A DNA stretch of 56,262 nt, filler included, from an uncultured virus (IMG/VR IMGVR_UViG_2502082094_000002) (lineage: Duplodnaviria > Heunggongvirae > Uroviricota > Caudoviricetes). It is 10 parts of one record of this genome, joined end to end, with 100 filler letters (N's around TTAATTAATTAA, not from the genome) between each part and the next. Parts side by side here need not be neighbours in the genome. Positions count along the whole stretch, not along the records: positions 1 to 11,220 come from IMGVR_UViG_2502082094_000002; 9 more parts are not named here. One strand, given 5' to 3'. Both the position numbers and the translations under genes were made by a program. The first letter of the stretch is position 1. Every line of letters begins with the position of its first letter. Shown piece after piece: positions 1-8,205 of the stretch. The notes beneath the pieces are model-generated. The model was not told the origin of the DNA. It did no database searches and was given only the letters and a program-made list of their open reading frames with translations.

Positions 1-1110
1 ATGCTGGTATTTCGTCAGTGGTTGCTCAGACATGAACACATTGTCAATCTGTTCGTCAAAGTCATCAGAATCATACTGTCGCTTGGCTGCTCGTCTGGAC
101 ATTCTTCGACCAGCACCATGTGCTGAGGAGCTATTCCAAGTGTCCTCACCCTTGCCCTGAGCGATTATTGTCCCATGATTCATGTTGAGTGGGATAAGAA
201 CATCAGACCTCTCAGAAGCCTTGCACGCTCCTTTCCTGATTGTTGCATCTGAATAGTCAATATAGTTGTGTACTGATTCTATCGACCGACCGGGAAGATG
301 CTCAGTTGCTGACCCGATTGTCTTATTGATTGCATCAGTGACAGCAATCGACATTTCCCTTCGTGACTCACTCGCATACGCTTGTGCAAATGCCATGTCT
401 TTAATGTATCCATGTGCTTCCTCACCCTGAAGATAGTCGAGGTCAGTGTTTCGACTGTTCTTACTGGGACCGTATTCTGCGATTGCTTGGCTTACTTCAT
501 CAAACTTTCGTTGGATTTCCTCACCAGAGAAGTCATTTCGAATCTTTTCAGACCGTGGTTTCCAATTCTCGTTCATATACTCGACCACGGATTCTGGAAC
601 ATCGTCAAGTGTCTGGCGTCGTGTTGTCAGATTCGTTGCTCTATCTTGCCAGTAGGTAGCAATCTCTGCTCCAATCTTTCGTGACCCACTGTGAATGACT
701 GCCCACACAAATCCGTTCGACTTTTGCCGACCTATCTCGATAAAGTGATTACCACCGCCAAGTGTCCCCATCGAGTTGATGACACGATTTAAGTCAGCAC
801 CAACTCTATCGCACATATCCGTGACATACGAATCACTATACTCAGGGTCAACATCAAAGTCCGTGTTGTTATTAAATTGTTCTATGCTTCGCTCACAATA
901 ATGCCACGGGAAATCATCAACAAGGTGATAGTCACTTTCATCATGCACATTGTAACCTGTTGGAACTCGCTTTCGTACTTCTGTGTCGAGTTCATCTAAC
1001 ATATCGGTAGACAGTGGTATATCGCCATAGTGAACGCCGAGCATCCCACATCCGATATCGACTCCGACTGTATTTGGAACAACTCGGTCCTTTACACGCA
1101 TCGTGAAACC
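1..1110 (-). CDS. rtcB: RtcB family RNA ligase (partial, both ends missing)
   Basis: Hand translation of the minus strand gives VPNTVGVDIGCGM, MGTLGGGNHFIE, IHSGSR, HNYID, IRKGA and HGAGR. Absent from the ORF track because it runs off the window edge. Confidence 0.93.
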
Positions 1111-1130
1111 NNNNNNNNNNNNNNNNNNNN

Positions 1131-1864
1131 GATGCAACGGGCAATCAACTTCCGCCAAGCGTCATAGAGCCATTGGAATCGGTGTTCTCGGATGGCACAG
1201 CTACCTTCAGAGCAAGATGATTCCGTTCAATAGCACTGAAGCAATGCTTGAGAACAATCAAGTATTCAAAACCATCAAAGAGAAGAGCTACGCAGAGAGC
1301 GAGCGCATGGCTGAAGAATTCGGTGAGCCTGAAGTCATGGAGGGATACGGTCGTCGTCACACGACTACCATGTCAGTCGCTCCTACCAAATCAAGCAGCG
1401 TGATTCTCGGACAGATTAGTCCAAGCATCGAACCACTCAAGTCTAACTATTTCGTTCGGGATGGGGCGAAACTAAAGGCTACACATCGTAACAGGTTCCT
1501 CGAATCACTACTCGAAAAACGGGGCAAAAACACACGGGAGGTTTGGGACCAAATCATGGCACAGGATGGAAGTGTTCAGGGACTTGACTTCCTTTCAGAC
1601 CACGAGCAAGAAGTGTTCAAGAAGATGTCAGAAATTTCTCAGATGTCTATCATCAAACAGGCTGGTCAGAGACAGGATTATATCGACCAAGCACAGAGCA
1701 TCAATATCTCTGTTGACCCAAGTGAGGTTCCTGTCAGCGATATTAATCAACTGTATATTCAGGCATGGAGAGATGGAGTCAAGAGCCTCTACTATCAGAA
1801 GTCTGTTAATGCTGCACAGAAGTTCAGTCAAGACATTCTCGAATGCAGTGCGTGTGAGGGATAG
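1131..1864 (+). CDS. nrdA: Ribonucleotide reductase class I alpha subunit, C-terminal part (allele 1)
   Basis: RAIGIGVLG, APTKSSS, SPSIEP, IDQAQSIN, KSLYY, C-terminal CxxC (CSAC); near-identical to 19225-19873. Confidence 0.92.
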
Positions 1865-1974
1865 TTTCTAACGAATAGTCAATTACTTTTTTTATCGTTC
1901 AACCGAAAAGTTTAAGTAACTAGAAAGAAAAACAGTACACAGATGCTCGTATCCACAGCGAGTCATTTCTATCT

Positions 1975-2256
1975 ATGCTGGACACCACCACTATATTCAT
2001 TCTTGGCAGTATTGCCTTGTTCCTTATCGGCACTCTCGGTGGATGGGTGCTTACAAAGTTACGAAAAGAGTGTACGTCTCCTCCCATCCAAACAGCGATT
2101 GCGTTTCTGATTACAACTGTGTGGGTCGTTGCTGTTGCAGCAGAAATAGTTGTCCCTGCTTACACTGTAAGCATGATGTTACACGGAATCATGGGAGCAG
2201 TCGTTGGATACCTGTTCTCTGATGACGGTATCGTAATCAATATTGGTTCAGAATAG
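1975..2256 (+). CDS. Small membrane protein (about 3 TM)
   Basis: Three hydrophobic segments; identical protein at 20196-20477, DNA differences synonymous. Confidence 0.8.
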   Translation: MLDTTTIFILGSIALFLIGTLGGWVLTKLRKECTSPPIQTAIAFLITTVWVVAVAAEIVVPAYTVSMMLHGIMGAVVGYLFSDDGIVINIGSE

Positions 2257-2296
2257 AACCAAAACATTTAAGTGTCTCAAGAATTATTTTTTACAT

Positions 2297-2440
2297 ATGG
2301 TTCATATTAATCCTCCTAATTGTGACGATTGCGATGAAATGCTCGAAGAATTGAACGGTGAATGGTACTGTGAAAACTGTGACGACGTGTCAGGATTTGA
2401 GCTTACACCTGACGACAGTTCACTCGACTTCGAACTGTAG
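2297..2440 (+). CDS. Small zinc-finger protein (CDDC..CENC)
   Basis: Two CxxC pairs, TATA upstream, conserved allele at about 20517-20660. Confidence 0.7.
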   Translation: MVHINPPNCDDCDEMLEELNGEWYCENCDDVSGFELTPDDSSLDFEL

Positions 2441-2451
2441 TTATCTTTTAT

Positions 2452-2583
2452 TTACTCATAAGTCCATACCTCAAGATTGACGTACTTTTCGCATGTTTCA
2501 CACTCTATAGAGGAAACCACAGCATTCACATCTTGGTCTGATACATCGTCACCGCAAATTGGACAATAATTAACATCTATCAT
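2452..2583 (-). CDS. CPxCG-type zinc-finger microprotein
   Basis: Hand translation MIDVNYCPICGDD...ECETCEK; diverged homologue at about 20670-20806. Confidence 0.65.
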   Translation of the reverse strand: MIDVNYCPICGDDVSDQDVNAVVSSIECETCEKYVNLEVWTYE

Positions 2584-2589
2584 AAACTT

Positions 2590-2868
2590 TTAAAAGTGAT
2601 ACTTTGCTACTGTTTCAGACTCTATAACTTTCTCCTTTATTTCTAAACTAGACTCAGTACTACCACACTTTTTACATTTTTTCTTTGATTCTAGCTCTAC
2701 TTCTGCGAATAATTCTTCACCATTCTTATCTGACTTCAGTGAAACACTGTACGGATGGTTTGTAGTAACGTCTTCCCAATCATGGTCGCACTCGCGCCCG
2801 GTTTTAGAATTATCTGTGCCACTACTTGTTGGAGTGAACAATCTTTTTATTGAGTCTATCATTTTCAC
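2590..2868 (-). CDS. Hypothetical protein (CxH..CxxC), strain-specific
   Basis: ORF overlaps the thyX stop; absent from the allele at 20807. Confidence 0.65.
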   Translation of the reverse strand: MKMIDSIKRLFTPTSSGTDNSKTGRECDHDWEDVTTNHPYSVSLKSDKNGEELFAEVELESKKKCKKCGSTESSLEIKEKVIESETVAKYHF

Positions 2869-3377
2869 GGACTAATCTTTACCGGACCATTTTCGTCCCA
2901 CCAGTGTGCTGTATATGGAATCCAATCCTCCAACGCATCTACTATTTCATTAGATAATTCTCGAATTTCCCACTGAGCATCAGCCTTCTGTCGAAGATTG
3001 AGCACATGCATCATCGTTCGAGCGTTACCCGATAGTGTCATATTAACAGGGGTCCCGATTGGGAGCAAAAATCGAGCATCTTCTTTTGGAACTCCCTCGT
3101 CCACCATTTCCTGATATACTTCGAACAATCGTTCAGTCTTTTTCTCGTACTCTTGTCGGAATTTTTTTCTCACTTTCTCTGCTAAGTCAACTAACCCATC
3201 CTCTCGTGAGAAGTGGTCATCTTCTTCAAGCGAGCGTGGCATAATTGCTTCTTTGTCACTGAAGTCTACATACCTCTGACTCTGTACATCGAACGTGAGA
3301 TGCCTGTGGCGAGTTATCTGTGCCATTGTCGCACGAGACACGCCCTTGATAGCTATTGATATTTGTGGATGTTCCCA
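2865..3377 (-). CDS. thyX: Flavin-dependent thymidylate synthase, partial (allele 1)
   Basis: RHR-x6-QSQRY motif, AQWEIR; matches 20807-21577. Confidence 0.92.
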   Translation of the reverse strand, partial: WEHPQISIAIKGVSRATMAQITRHRHLTFDVQSQRYVDFSDKEAIMPRSLEEDDHFSREDGLVDLAEKVRKKFRQEYEKKTERLFEVYQEMVDEGVPKEDARFLLPIGTPVNMTLSGNARTMMHVLNLRQKADAQWEIRELSNEIVDALEDWIPYTAHWWDENGPVKISP

Positions 3378-3397
3378 NNNNNNNNNNNNNNNNNNNN

Positions 3398-3588
3398 TGA
3401 CTGCTCTTTTCCAAGCTTGTACTCAGTAGAATTTTTGGACACACCATAGACATCATTCGTGTCTGTGTTAACAAGCTCACACGAACACGTTTTTGTATCT
3501 TAAATCCGAGGTCCACTTCTACATCGATTGTGTCGCCATCGATAACCTCGACTAAGCGACAGTTAAAAGTCCAGTCACTGCTAATCAT
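3398..3588 (-). CDS. Thermonuclease (SNase)-like protein, N-terminal part
   Basis: VIDGDTIDV..DLGF..RVR motif; frameshifted and gap-truncated. Confidence 0.75.
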
Positions 3589-3603
3589 TGTTCCCCGAGC
3601 GAG

Positions 3604-3677
3604 CGTCGAGGAGAGGATTCGAACCTCTCACGGCGAGGTTAACAGCCCCGTGCCACCACCAAGGTGGCCTCCTCGAC
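3604..3677 (-). tRNA. tRNA-Asn(GTT), allele 1
   Basis: Acceptor GTCGAGG/CCTCGAC+G, anticodon arm CGGGG-CTGTTAA-CCTCG, T arm AGAGG-TTCGAAT-CCTCT; no encoded CCA. Confidence 0.88.
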
Positions 3678-3681
3678 AAAA

Positions 3682-3812
3682 TGTCACCTCTCGCAAGGTG
3701 ACAAACCTCACTACTTTCTACGTTCGCGGGCTTGTGGTATTCTACCCATGTAGCCTCTGTCTCCTGCCAAACGACAGGGACATTTGAGTGAATACGGACA
3801 GTTGGCTACAGT
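3682..3812 (-). ncRNA. Candidate structured RNA between TATA box and tRNA-Asn (allele 1)
   Basis: Stems UGUAGCC/GGCUACA, CUGUC/GACAG, CCUGUC/GGCAGG, ACAAGCC/GGUUUGU and a GCGA tetraloop; conserved at 15028-15156; TATA (TTTAAA) at about 3834-3839. Confidence 0.55.
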
Positions 3813-3856
3813 AAACTATATGTACTGAACCTATTTAAATGTTTTGGTTTCTTACT

Positions 3857-4252
3857 TTACTCAGAGCCTCCGTCAAAGTCTCTGTCGAGTACTTTTGTTC
3901 GTGCCTCATGTAATCCCTCAGCGAGACTCACATCATTGCGTGCGCAAAAGTCAAGCAAGTAGATGACTACATCTGCCACCTCTACTTCGAGGTCTTCTTC
4001 GGCAAACTCCTCATCTTGCCTGATTGATTGCTTTTCTTTGAGCACGATACGTGAGACTTCTCCAAGTTCTTCCTGTGCACCAATGAGTGGATTCTCAGGG
4101 TCTTGGTCCCCAAACTGTTCAAGACTCCACTCATAGATAGCCTCTTGTGTTTCTGCAATGTCTTCAAAGTGCTCTACATCTGTTTTAATATGATTTGTTT
4201 CGAAACTGTACTGCTCGCGTTCTCGGTCTAATTTGTGTTCTTCGTTTGTCAT
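3857..4252 (-). CDS. MazG-like nucleotide pyrophosphohydrolase (allele 1)
   Basis: EELGE...EVADV motif. Confidence 0.85.
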   Translation of the reverse strand: MTNEEHKLDREREQYSFETNHIKTDVEHFEDIAETQEAIYEWSLEQFGDQDPENPLIGAQEELGEVSRIVLKEKQSIRQDEEFAEEDLEVEVADVVIYLLDFCARNDVSLAEGLHEARTKVLDRDFDGGSE

Positions 4253-4581
4253 TGTTCAAAACTAAACTTGTTCTCTATTTCCTCTACTGAAGTCACTGGC
4301 TCTGCTATAATTGAATCAGGACATTGATAACAACCCGACTTTCCATCTCTATCGAAAGATATGTTTCCGTCTAACACCACGTCATTCATCTCATAAAACC
4401 TTCCCTCAAAATCCTCAAAGTACCAGTTGTTGTCAGGTCCATCCCTACGAGGGTTCATTGGCTCATTTTCTTCATGTCCTAAGAATATGAGTTTATACTT
4501 GTCGTTGAGAATTACTCTGTCTCCTCTAACAAGACTATCTAAATTCTCTCTAATTCTTTGGTCGATTTCTGTTTTGTTCAT
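4249..4581 (-). CDS. Hypothetical protein, strain-specific
   Basis: Lies between tmk and mazG here; absent between them at 15557-15572. Confidence 0.7.
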   Translation of the reverse strand: MNKTEIDQRIRENLDSLVRGDRVILNDKYKLIFLGHEENEPMNPRRDGPDNNWYFEDFEGRFYEMNDVVLDGNISFDRDGKSGCYQCPDSIIAEPVTSVEEIENKFSFEQ

Positions 4582-4583
4582 TG

Positions 4584-4727
4584 TTATTGTTCTCGTCGTA
4601 GTTTGTAATTATAATACTTTTCTGCTGAACTATTCAAAAGGTTCATTTGAGTGAGCGCATCCCATGCTACATCGTCCTTTGGTTGCTCACCATCAATTCG
4701 GACAATCCGCTCGTGAGTGTCACACAG
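4584..4727 (-). CDS. tmk: Thymidylate kinase C-terminal fragment (allele 1)
   Basis: DNA matches the 3' end of 15572-16216; small indels present. Confidence 0.7.
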   Translation of the reverse strand: MCDTHERIVRIDGEQPKDDVAWDALTQMNLLNSSAEKYYNYKLRREQ

Positions 4728-4747
4728 NNNNNNNNNNNNNNNNNNNN

Positions 4748-5080
4748 GTCGGGTATGGCGGCCAATTTGATGGACTATATATTGACAAAGACAGTAACGT
4801 CGTTCTTGCAGACATCAAGACCTCGAATCAACGAGAAGCACCATATAAAAAACACAAGTTACAACTGACAGCATATAAACATGCACTCCGAATCGATGTT
4901 GACATTCTCGAAGTAATTATCATTCATCCTGATTCAGAAAAATGGAAAATATCACATCACACTGACTGGGATGAAAGCATCGATGACCTGTGGACAGAGT
5001 TTCGACAGTTGCGTCAAGAGATGGGAGACATTGAGGATAGAATGAAACAAATTGCTGAAGATGGGGTCGATGATGGGTGA
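4748..5080 (+). CDS. PD-(D/E)xK exonuclease, C-terminal part
   Basis: YGGQFDG..VLADIKTS..KLQLTAY (RecB/Cas4-like motifs II-IV). Confidence 0.75.
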   Translation, partial: VGYGGQFDGLYIDKDSNVVLADIKTSNQREAPYKKHKLQLTAYKHALRIDVDILEVIIIHPDSEKWKISHHTDWDESIDDLWTEFRQLRQEMGDIEDRMKQIAEDGVDDG

Positions 5081-5086
5081 GTTGTT

Positions 5087-5431
5087 ATGGACAAACCATC
5101 AGAGTATGTATACACTGTAATGAAACCTCTCTCTAGTGAATTGCGAACATCAGGATATGAACGAACAGAGAAAGAATCACCGTTTGATGAGGATGCACAG
5201 TTGTGGACAAATAGTTTCGAGCTTGTGTGTGGGTCAACTGGGCAAGTAATCAGAAAAGATAATAGTAGCACACTCGGATACTCTATTCGAAAAAACGATA
5301 CAGACACAGGTAAAGATAATAAAAATAATGATAGAGACAAATATTATAATAGTGGTCGGACTCGTATGATGGGTGGATATGTGTCATCATATGAGTGGGG
5401 ATACGATGAGGAGAATCACTTTTCGTACTAA
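5087..5431 (+). CDS. Hypothetical protein
   Basis: ATG 6 nt after the upstream stop; followed by a T-run terminator. Confidence 0.55.
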   Translation: MDKPSEYVYTVMKPLSSELRTSGYERTEKESPFDEDAQLWTNSFELVCGSTGQVIRKDNSSTLGYSIRKNDTDTGKDNKNNDRDKYYNSGRTRMMGGYVSSYEWGYDEENHFSY

Positions 5432-5454
5432 TTATTTCTTTTTTTTTCTTTTCT

Positions 5455-6048
5455 TTAGTTCTCTCTCGATGACTGTAAGACCTCATATACGCCGACTGTT
5501 TCTATTTCATGCTGGTCCTTATTCGCATATTCGTCATGTCTTAAGTCTCGAATCATGGCTGGTCCATCACCCGGACTTGTAATCGAAGACATGATTCCAC
5601 GCTCATCACGCTCACTTTTTGATAGTTTTGTCGGATTGTGAACAGAGAGATTGCCAGCACTCGTCACAGAGGCTCTCAATGGTGTCATCTCTGCCCACGC
5701 CTCAAACGAACGGCGAACGTTCCACGGATAGATGAGCCGTGCTGTGTAGACTTCGTAGTTCGAAAACTTAACTGACAAGTACGGATATGTTGAAATCTCA
5801 GTCATATCCATTGACCAATCGAGCACTTGTTGAACATCACTTTTTGTGACAGAAAATCGGTCCTGACTTGATGTTTTCAACTCGACTGCTCTGAGACTGC
5901 CTGCGATTGGAATAAGTAAATCAGGGAGTGGAACTGCTGAATTACCAGAGTAGCCAGCCCTGACAGGAATTATTGAACCGTCTGTCACATCATAAATCTC
6001 TTGTGCAATTTCGTGCTCTTTCTGTAACCCTCGTGATTGTCTTGTCAT
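5455..6048 (-). CDS. Hjc-type Holliday junction resolvase
   Basis: G..KE.E, VRAGYSG, PDLL, AVELKTS. Confidence 0.8.
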   Translation of the reverse strand: MTRQSRGLQKEHEIAQEIYDVTDGSIIPVRAGYSGNSAVPLPDLLIPIAGSLRAVELKTSSQDRFSVTKSDVQQVLDWSMDMTEISTYPYLSVKFSNYEVYTARLIYPWNVRRSFEAWAEMTPLRASVTSAGNLSVHNPTKLSKSERDERGIMSSITSPGDGPAMIRDLRHDEYANKDQHEIETVGVYEVLQSSREN

Positions 6049-6448
6049 CGTCCATGTTCATGTGATATGTTCTTCTCAATCATATTTCCAGCAGCAACTA
6101 TCAGTGCTCTGTTTTCAGGCGATTGTCTCTCCGTATATAGACCTTGTAATGCTTGTAGTATTTCTTCATTTGTTTGAGCATCTGAAAGGTCTTCAAGCAC
6201 TTCCTCAGTAATCGAGTCTGTGTATTGTTCACTATTCATTGTCTTGGTCTGTCCTTATCTAATGCTTTCTCCTCCAATCGTTGTGCCAAAATCATCTCTG
6301 CCATCAGATAACCAGCAGTAGCATACAATGTTTGTGATACTGGTGTCTCAAGCATCTCCTCATCAAGCATCTCGACTGCTATCAATACATCTTCTGCTGT
6401 CTCGGCCGATTCGAGTCTATGGATAACTTCAATTTCTATATCTTTCAT
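6045..6448 (-). CDS. Two small tandem paralogous helical proteins (6045-6239, 6236-6448)
   Basis: Shared EV...L..A.T.E..L.A...L..E......L...AG pattern; ATGA coupling. Confidence 0.6.
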
Positions 6449-6915
6449 TCGTAACTCACCTCTGTTTCTCGTTTGTCAACATTACTCAACAACTGTTCAT
6501 GAAATGTGTACTCACTCATTTCGTAATTGCCAACTGCAAGTGAGATAACAAAATCATTATCTGGATAGTCAGTATTGAACGCAACCACATCATCAACATC
6601 AAGAGTGAACACGTTGTTCGGACCATGAATCTCGACCACTTCTGATATAACTTGTTCCGTTGATGGTGGACTGCCTTTTGATTCAACAAGATGTCGCAAT
6701 CCAATTATATATTGGTTTGTGTCTTTGTTGTACCCACCATCTGCATCGTGGAAATGATGAATACCTGTGTCAAAGATTACTGGACACACTTCAGCAGATT
6801 GCATATCCTGACTGATATTATCGACTATCTCTGCTCGTTGCAGGACGGACGCTGATTGAACAGGAATATCGAACCTGCTATCAGATGTGTCTAGCTTTCT
6901 GTCTGAGTCATTCAT
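6445..6915 (-). CDS. Hypothetical protein
   Basis: Acidic ORF, translationally coupled to the downstream gene. Confidence 0.7.
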   Translation of the reverse strand: MNDSDRKLDTSDSRFDIPVQSASVLQRAEIVDNISQDMQSAEVCPVIFDTGIHHFHDADGGYNKDTNQYIIGLRHLVESKGSPPSTEQVISEVVEIHGPNNVFTLDVDDVVAFNTDYPDNDFVISLAVGNYEMSEYTFHEQLLSNVDKRETEVSYE

Positions 6916-6962
6916 TGCATATCAACATACGATACGAGGTATAAAAAAGGTTTCGCTTCGTA

Positions 6963-7439
6963 TCAAGATGTCGATAGTTTTTCGATAGTAACCTCATCTG
7001 AATTGCATGAAAAAGTGTATTCAGCAACTTTGCCGATTGATTGAGAGTCTCTATTTGCTAAGAAACCTATATCTTGCTCCACATCATTGGTCACAGTCGC
7101 TGATTCCATTGTCATATTACGTAACAGTATTCTCTCGGAACAGTCACGTATAAGAACAGTTAATCCAGATGGAACCATGTTGTTCATACCATTCATACTG
7201 TCCATTCCTTCGTTCATCTCAAATATTTGTGATACATATATAGTAAGGCTTATTTTTGAAAAATTATCGAATGGACTCATTACTACTTCTTGGCTTTCAA
7301 TCTGGTATGAATTAGAAACTCTGAATTCACCGTTTACACAAACAACAGCATCTTCTTCGTATATGTATCCAAACAGGTGGTTGGCAACTTTTTTAGGGTC
7401 AGTTATTGTCTCTGTTACTATCTGATTACTCTTTGTCAC
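6963..7439 (-). CDS. Hypothetical protein
   Basis: 158-aa ORF in the same-strand run. Confidence 0.6.
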   Translation of the reverse strand: MTKSNQIVTETITDPKKVANHLFGYIYEEDAVVCVNGEFRVSNSYQIESQEVVMSPFDNFSKISLTIYVSQIFEMNEGMDSMNGMNNMVPSGLTVLIRDCSERILLRNMTMESATVTNDVEQDIGFLANRDSQSIGKVAEYTFSCNSDEVTIEKLSTS

Positions 7440-7450
7440 ACAAAAGAATA

Positions 7451-7789
7451 CTACCTCTGCTCACTTAACTTTTTCCAATCAAAGAAACGGGGACTCGTAG
7501 AATATTCGTAAACAGTTTCACTGTCTTTGGCATTTAATGAATACGAATCGTATCCAGAAATACGTATAGTTGTGTCACCTAAACGGGCAAAAAAGCAAAG
7601 ATAGTCGTCATATTTTTCAGGTGGAGGTGGGTAGTTAACATCTCTTTCTGGTGATACGTGAACCTCAACATCTATAAATGCCCAATCTTTTTTAACGTGT
7701 ATTTCTTGCGGTGAATAGAAGTCTCCAAACATATATACTACTGTTTGGTCTACTTTTTCTGATTCTGATGACCATCTATTTCGTCCCAT
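7451..7789 (-). CDS. Hypothetical protein
   Basis: ATG-started ORF in the same-strand run. Confidence 0.6.
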   Translation of the reverse strand: MGRNRWSSESEKVDQTVVYMFGDFYSPQEIHVKKDWAFIDVEVHVSPERDVNYPPPPEKYDDYLCFFARLGDTTIRISGYDSYSLNAKDSETVYEYSTSPRFFDWKKLSEQR

Positions 7790-7805
7790 TTCCTGTCAAG
7801 TACTA

Positions 7806-8066
7806 CTATTTGTCCTCACTTAATTCTTTCCCTCCATCTGATATCATTGTCTCTGATTGGTCTTGGTCTTTGTCCGGTGAATATTTTTCTATCACATCGG
7901 CCAAGTCTGGTGTGTGAGACGAGTGCGCAGAATGAAGGAACACACCGACGAGTAAGCCTGCCTCGAATGCGACAGCTAACGCTGGCCACAGTGGAAACAC
8001 AAATGCAAGCACACCGGCAATGAGTAGTACTCCAACGATAGTATCAGCACATATAACTGTTTTCAT
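7806..8066 (-). CDS. Small membrane protein
   Basis: Two hydrophobic segments, acidic tail with DGG. Confidence 0.65.
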   Translation of the reverse strand: MKTVICADTIVGVLLIAGVLAFVFPLWPALAVAFEAGLLVGVFLHSAHSSHTPDLADVIEKYSPDKDQDQSETMISDGGKELSEDK

Positions 8067-8205
8067 AATATATAGATACGATACTATGTAACATATGTCA
8101 CGACAATCGTACCAGTGTAGAACTACATAGTGATACGAATTCTAGCTACTTAAATGTTTCGGTAAAAAAAAAAACTCTATCAACAGTCAGTCACACTCAA
8201 TACAA

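Noticed and set aside
3256..3588. Nuclease-ThyX fusion or adjacency (also RtcB/NrdA and Tmk/exonuclease across gaps)
   Set aside because: These ORFs span 20-N gaps that join non-contiguous pieces.
3682..3812. Assignment as twister, hammerhead or HDV-like ribozyme
   Set aside because: Superficial words (CAAGCCC, GAAA, GCGAA) are present, but the catalytic cores could not be assembled in the right topology.
4748..5080. cas4 as evidence of a CRISPR system
   Set aside because: Only generic PD-(D/E)xK motifs, no C-terminal cysteine cluster and no other cas genes.
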